A stretch of DNA of 64,000 nucleotides, from positions 64,914,001 to 64,978,000 of the forward strand of contig CM097886.1 of NCBI GenBank assembly GCA_044892525.1. Reading direction: 5' to 3'. The notes below the pieces were generated by a model. The model had not been told where the DNA came from, made no database searches, and saw nothing but the letters and a program-made list of their open reading frames with translations. A program made the translations under genes and the position numbers. The stretch's first letter is position 1, and the number at the start of each line of letters is the position of its first letter. Shown piece after piece: positions 62,166 through 64,000 of this stretch. This DNA is from Schmidtea polychroa. Taxonomy: Eukaryota.

Positions 62166-63250
62166 TGGCGACCATTCCAACGGATCTGCTTATTGGAAGA
62201 TTACTTCCAGAAAAATTCCACAGAGGAGATGACCTCGAATTATTTATCAAAGAATGTCAGAGGTTCTTTGAAATAACGAAGACACCAGTAAAGACCCAAA
62301 TGGTACTAGTTATTACACTTCTGGACAGAACTTTGATTGAAGAATATGAAACCGCAGAAGGTAAAATCGTTGAACAGAAATTAAGAGCAGCTTTTCATCG
62401 ACCAACGTCATTGATTGATGACTTAAGAGAAGCCTTGAACTACTAGCAAGGTAACGAATCAGCGGAAATATTTATAGAGAAAATATCAAAAATGACTAAA
62501 AAATTGGCCTCACACACTTGGAATGAGGAAGAAATTCAGAAATGTTTATTGACACATTGTGTAAAAGATAAAGAAGTCAGGAAAGAAATCGAAATGAAAG
62601 ATCTCAAAACGGCGGAACAAATTAAAGAAACTATAAAGAAGATAGAAAAAGTTAACAAGGTTATTGAACAAGTAAACACGGTGAGATCAATACGACCTAC
62701 AACTGAAGGAAGAACTTATAGAGATGTAGTACAAGTTGGAGCCACGAAGAGAAAAATCAACGAATGGAAACCAGAGACAAGAATTAAAGTGATAGAATGC
62801 TGGACGTGTCAAAAACCGGGACACAGTAGCAGAGAATGTAATATAAAAAGAAGATTTCAATGTTATGCATGTGGTGTTGAAGGTCACATACGAAGAGAAT
62901 GCCCAACAATCAAATGTCATAGATGCAATGCACGAGGACACAAAGAAAGAGAGTGCTACACAAATATGGAAAGACGAAATCAAGGAAGAGATCGAGACCA
63001 AAGGAAGATGTCAGGAGGTAGAATTCAAAGAAATACCTATCAACAAAGGGAAGATATGTATCAATCAAGGAACGTACAACAAAGACAATGTGGAAACCAA
63101 CAATATAACAGAAAAGATATTGCAGCTATCGAGTCTGATGATGAGATGATGAATACAAAACAGTCAAGCCAGACAGACGAGTATAACAGGGAGAATGACC
63201 CAAACGAGCACGCTCCGTCAAACGGGACATTGATCGGAGCAATTTACTAA
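62165..63250 (+). pseudogene. Gypsy gag with three CCHC knuckles and one in-frame TAG (62444)
   Basis: CWTCQKPGHSSREC, CYACGVEGHIRREC, CHRCNARGHKEREC. ORFs 62132-62446 and 62492-63250 share a frame. Confidence 0.9.
63199..63240 (+). promoter_or_regulatory. -1 programmed ribosomal frameshift signal
   Basis: C CCA AAC in the gag frame, 6-nt spacer, stem GCTCCG-TCAA / TTGA-(T)-CGGAGC. Confidence 0.75.
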
Positions 63251-64000
63251 GTAAGATTGATTTCAACCAAAGAATGAATGCTAACGGTATGTGTAATTTA
63301 AGTATGTATGATGATTGTATGATTGATAAAGATTGTAGTGTTTTTGAATGTGATATTAATAATAATAGTAGGGTAGAAATCAAAAAGTCGAATGATAAGG
63401 AAATTCAGAAAAAATTTAAAGAGGAGTGTAAAGCAAATGAATTAGTAAAACACGAGGAAAGAACTATAGAGAAAATTTACAAATTCCTCAAGAAAAATGG
63501 AGACGTGTGTATTAATGAAATTGTAGAAGATACTAGAGAGCAGAATATTTTGTCAGTAGAAGAACAAAAAAGTCCAGTAATAACATATAATATAATGCAA
63601 GGTAGACCGAGTACAACACTGGATATCCAGGGGCGGAAAGTAGATTGTTTATTGGATACAGGAGCGCGAATTAATGTGATGGCTAAATCTGTAATTGATA
63701 GATTAGAAAATATCGAAATATTAGAAACAAGGGAATCACTAAGATGTGCAAACAACAGTAGATTAGAAACTATGGGTAAAATAAACATCAATGTTAAAAT
63801 GGGCAGTATTGAAAGAAATGTAACATTCATTATAGTAAAGAATTTAATACCAGAAATTATTGGAGGAGTAGAACTACAAAGGATATTTGGTATAGAATTG
63901 AAATGTATACTAGAAGAACATGAAAAACGTAGTGATTTCATTTGCGAAATAGAAGCTAGATTTGGGCGGATTATAACAGATGAAGAAAGATTACGTCATG
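63199..64000 (+). CDS. Gypsy pol N-terminus (aspartic protease), runs off the window
   Basis: Open -1 frame from 63199 to the window end. VDCLLDTGARINV and IIGG flap motif. Confidence 0.9.

Overview
AT-rich (roughly 25-30% GC by eye), intron-containing eukaryotic scaffold with five N gaps (1033-1230, 7103-7283, 8197-8328, 27342-27528, 52231-52503). Composition and element types look like a planarian-type flatworm, but that is inference. Left half (1-30 kb): a minus-strand host gene missed by the ORF track, a synaptotagmin-like protein (Rab-binding SHD1/Zn finger/SHD2 plus the start of a C2 domain), rebuilt here from phase-compatible exons. In and around it lie dead hAT, piggyBac and Tigger/pogo transposons and many MITEs. 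Right half (30.5-64 kb): a nested stack. Near-identical LTR copies start at 30543 and 60978, with a tRNA-Pro PBS at 32611. Between them lie an intact GC-rich hAT, a 211-bp AGTAGT-ended element, a decayed but gene-complete Polinton/Maverick (adintovirus-like) virus (major and minor capsid, PLA2-integrase, packaging ATPase, protease, fibre-like protein, pPolB) and about 8 kb of strongly A-skewed DNA with no recognisable pol. A second Ty3/Gypsy element interrupts the 3' LTR and shows a textbook -1 frameshift signal. Most unusual: the possible virus-carrying giant LTR unit, a family of GC-rich CCGAAGG/CCTTCGG micro-insertions in unrelated viral genes, and an in-frame capsid-hAT fusion ORF. All assignments come from manual motif reading; no database search was run.
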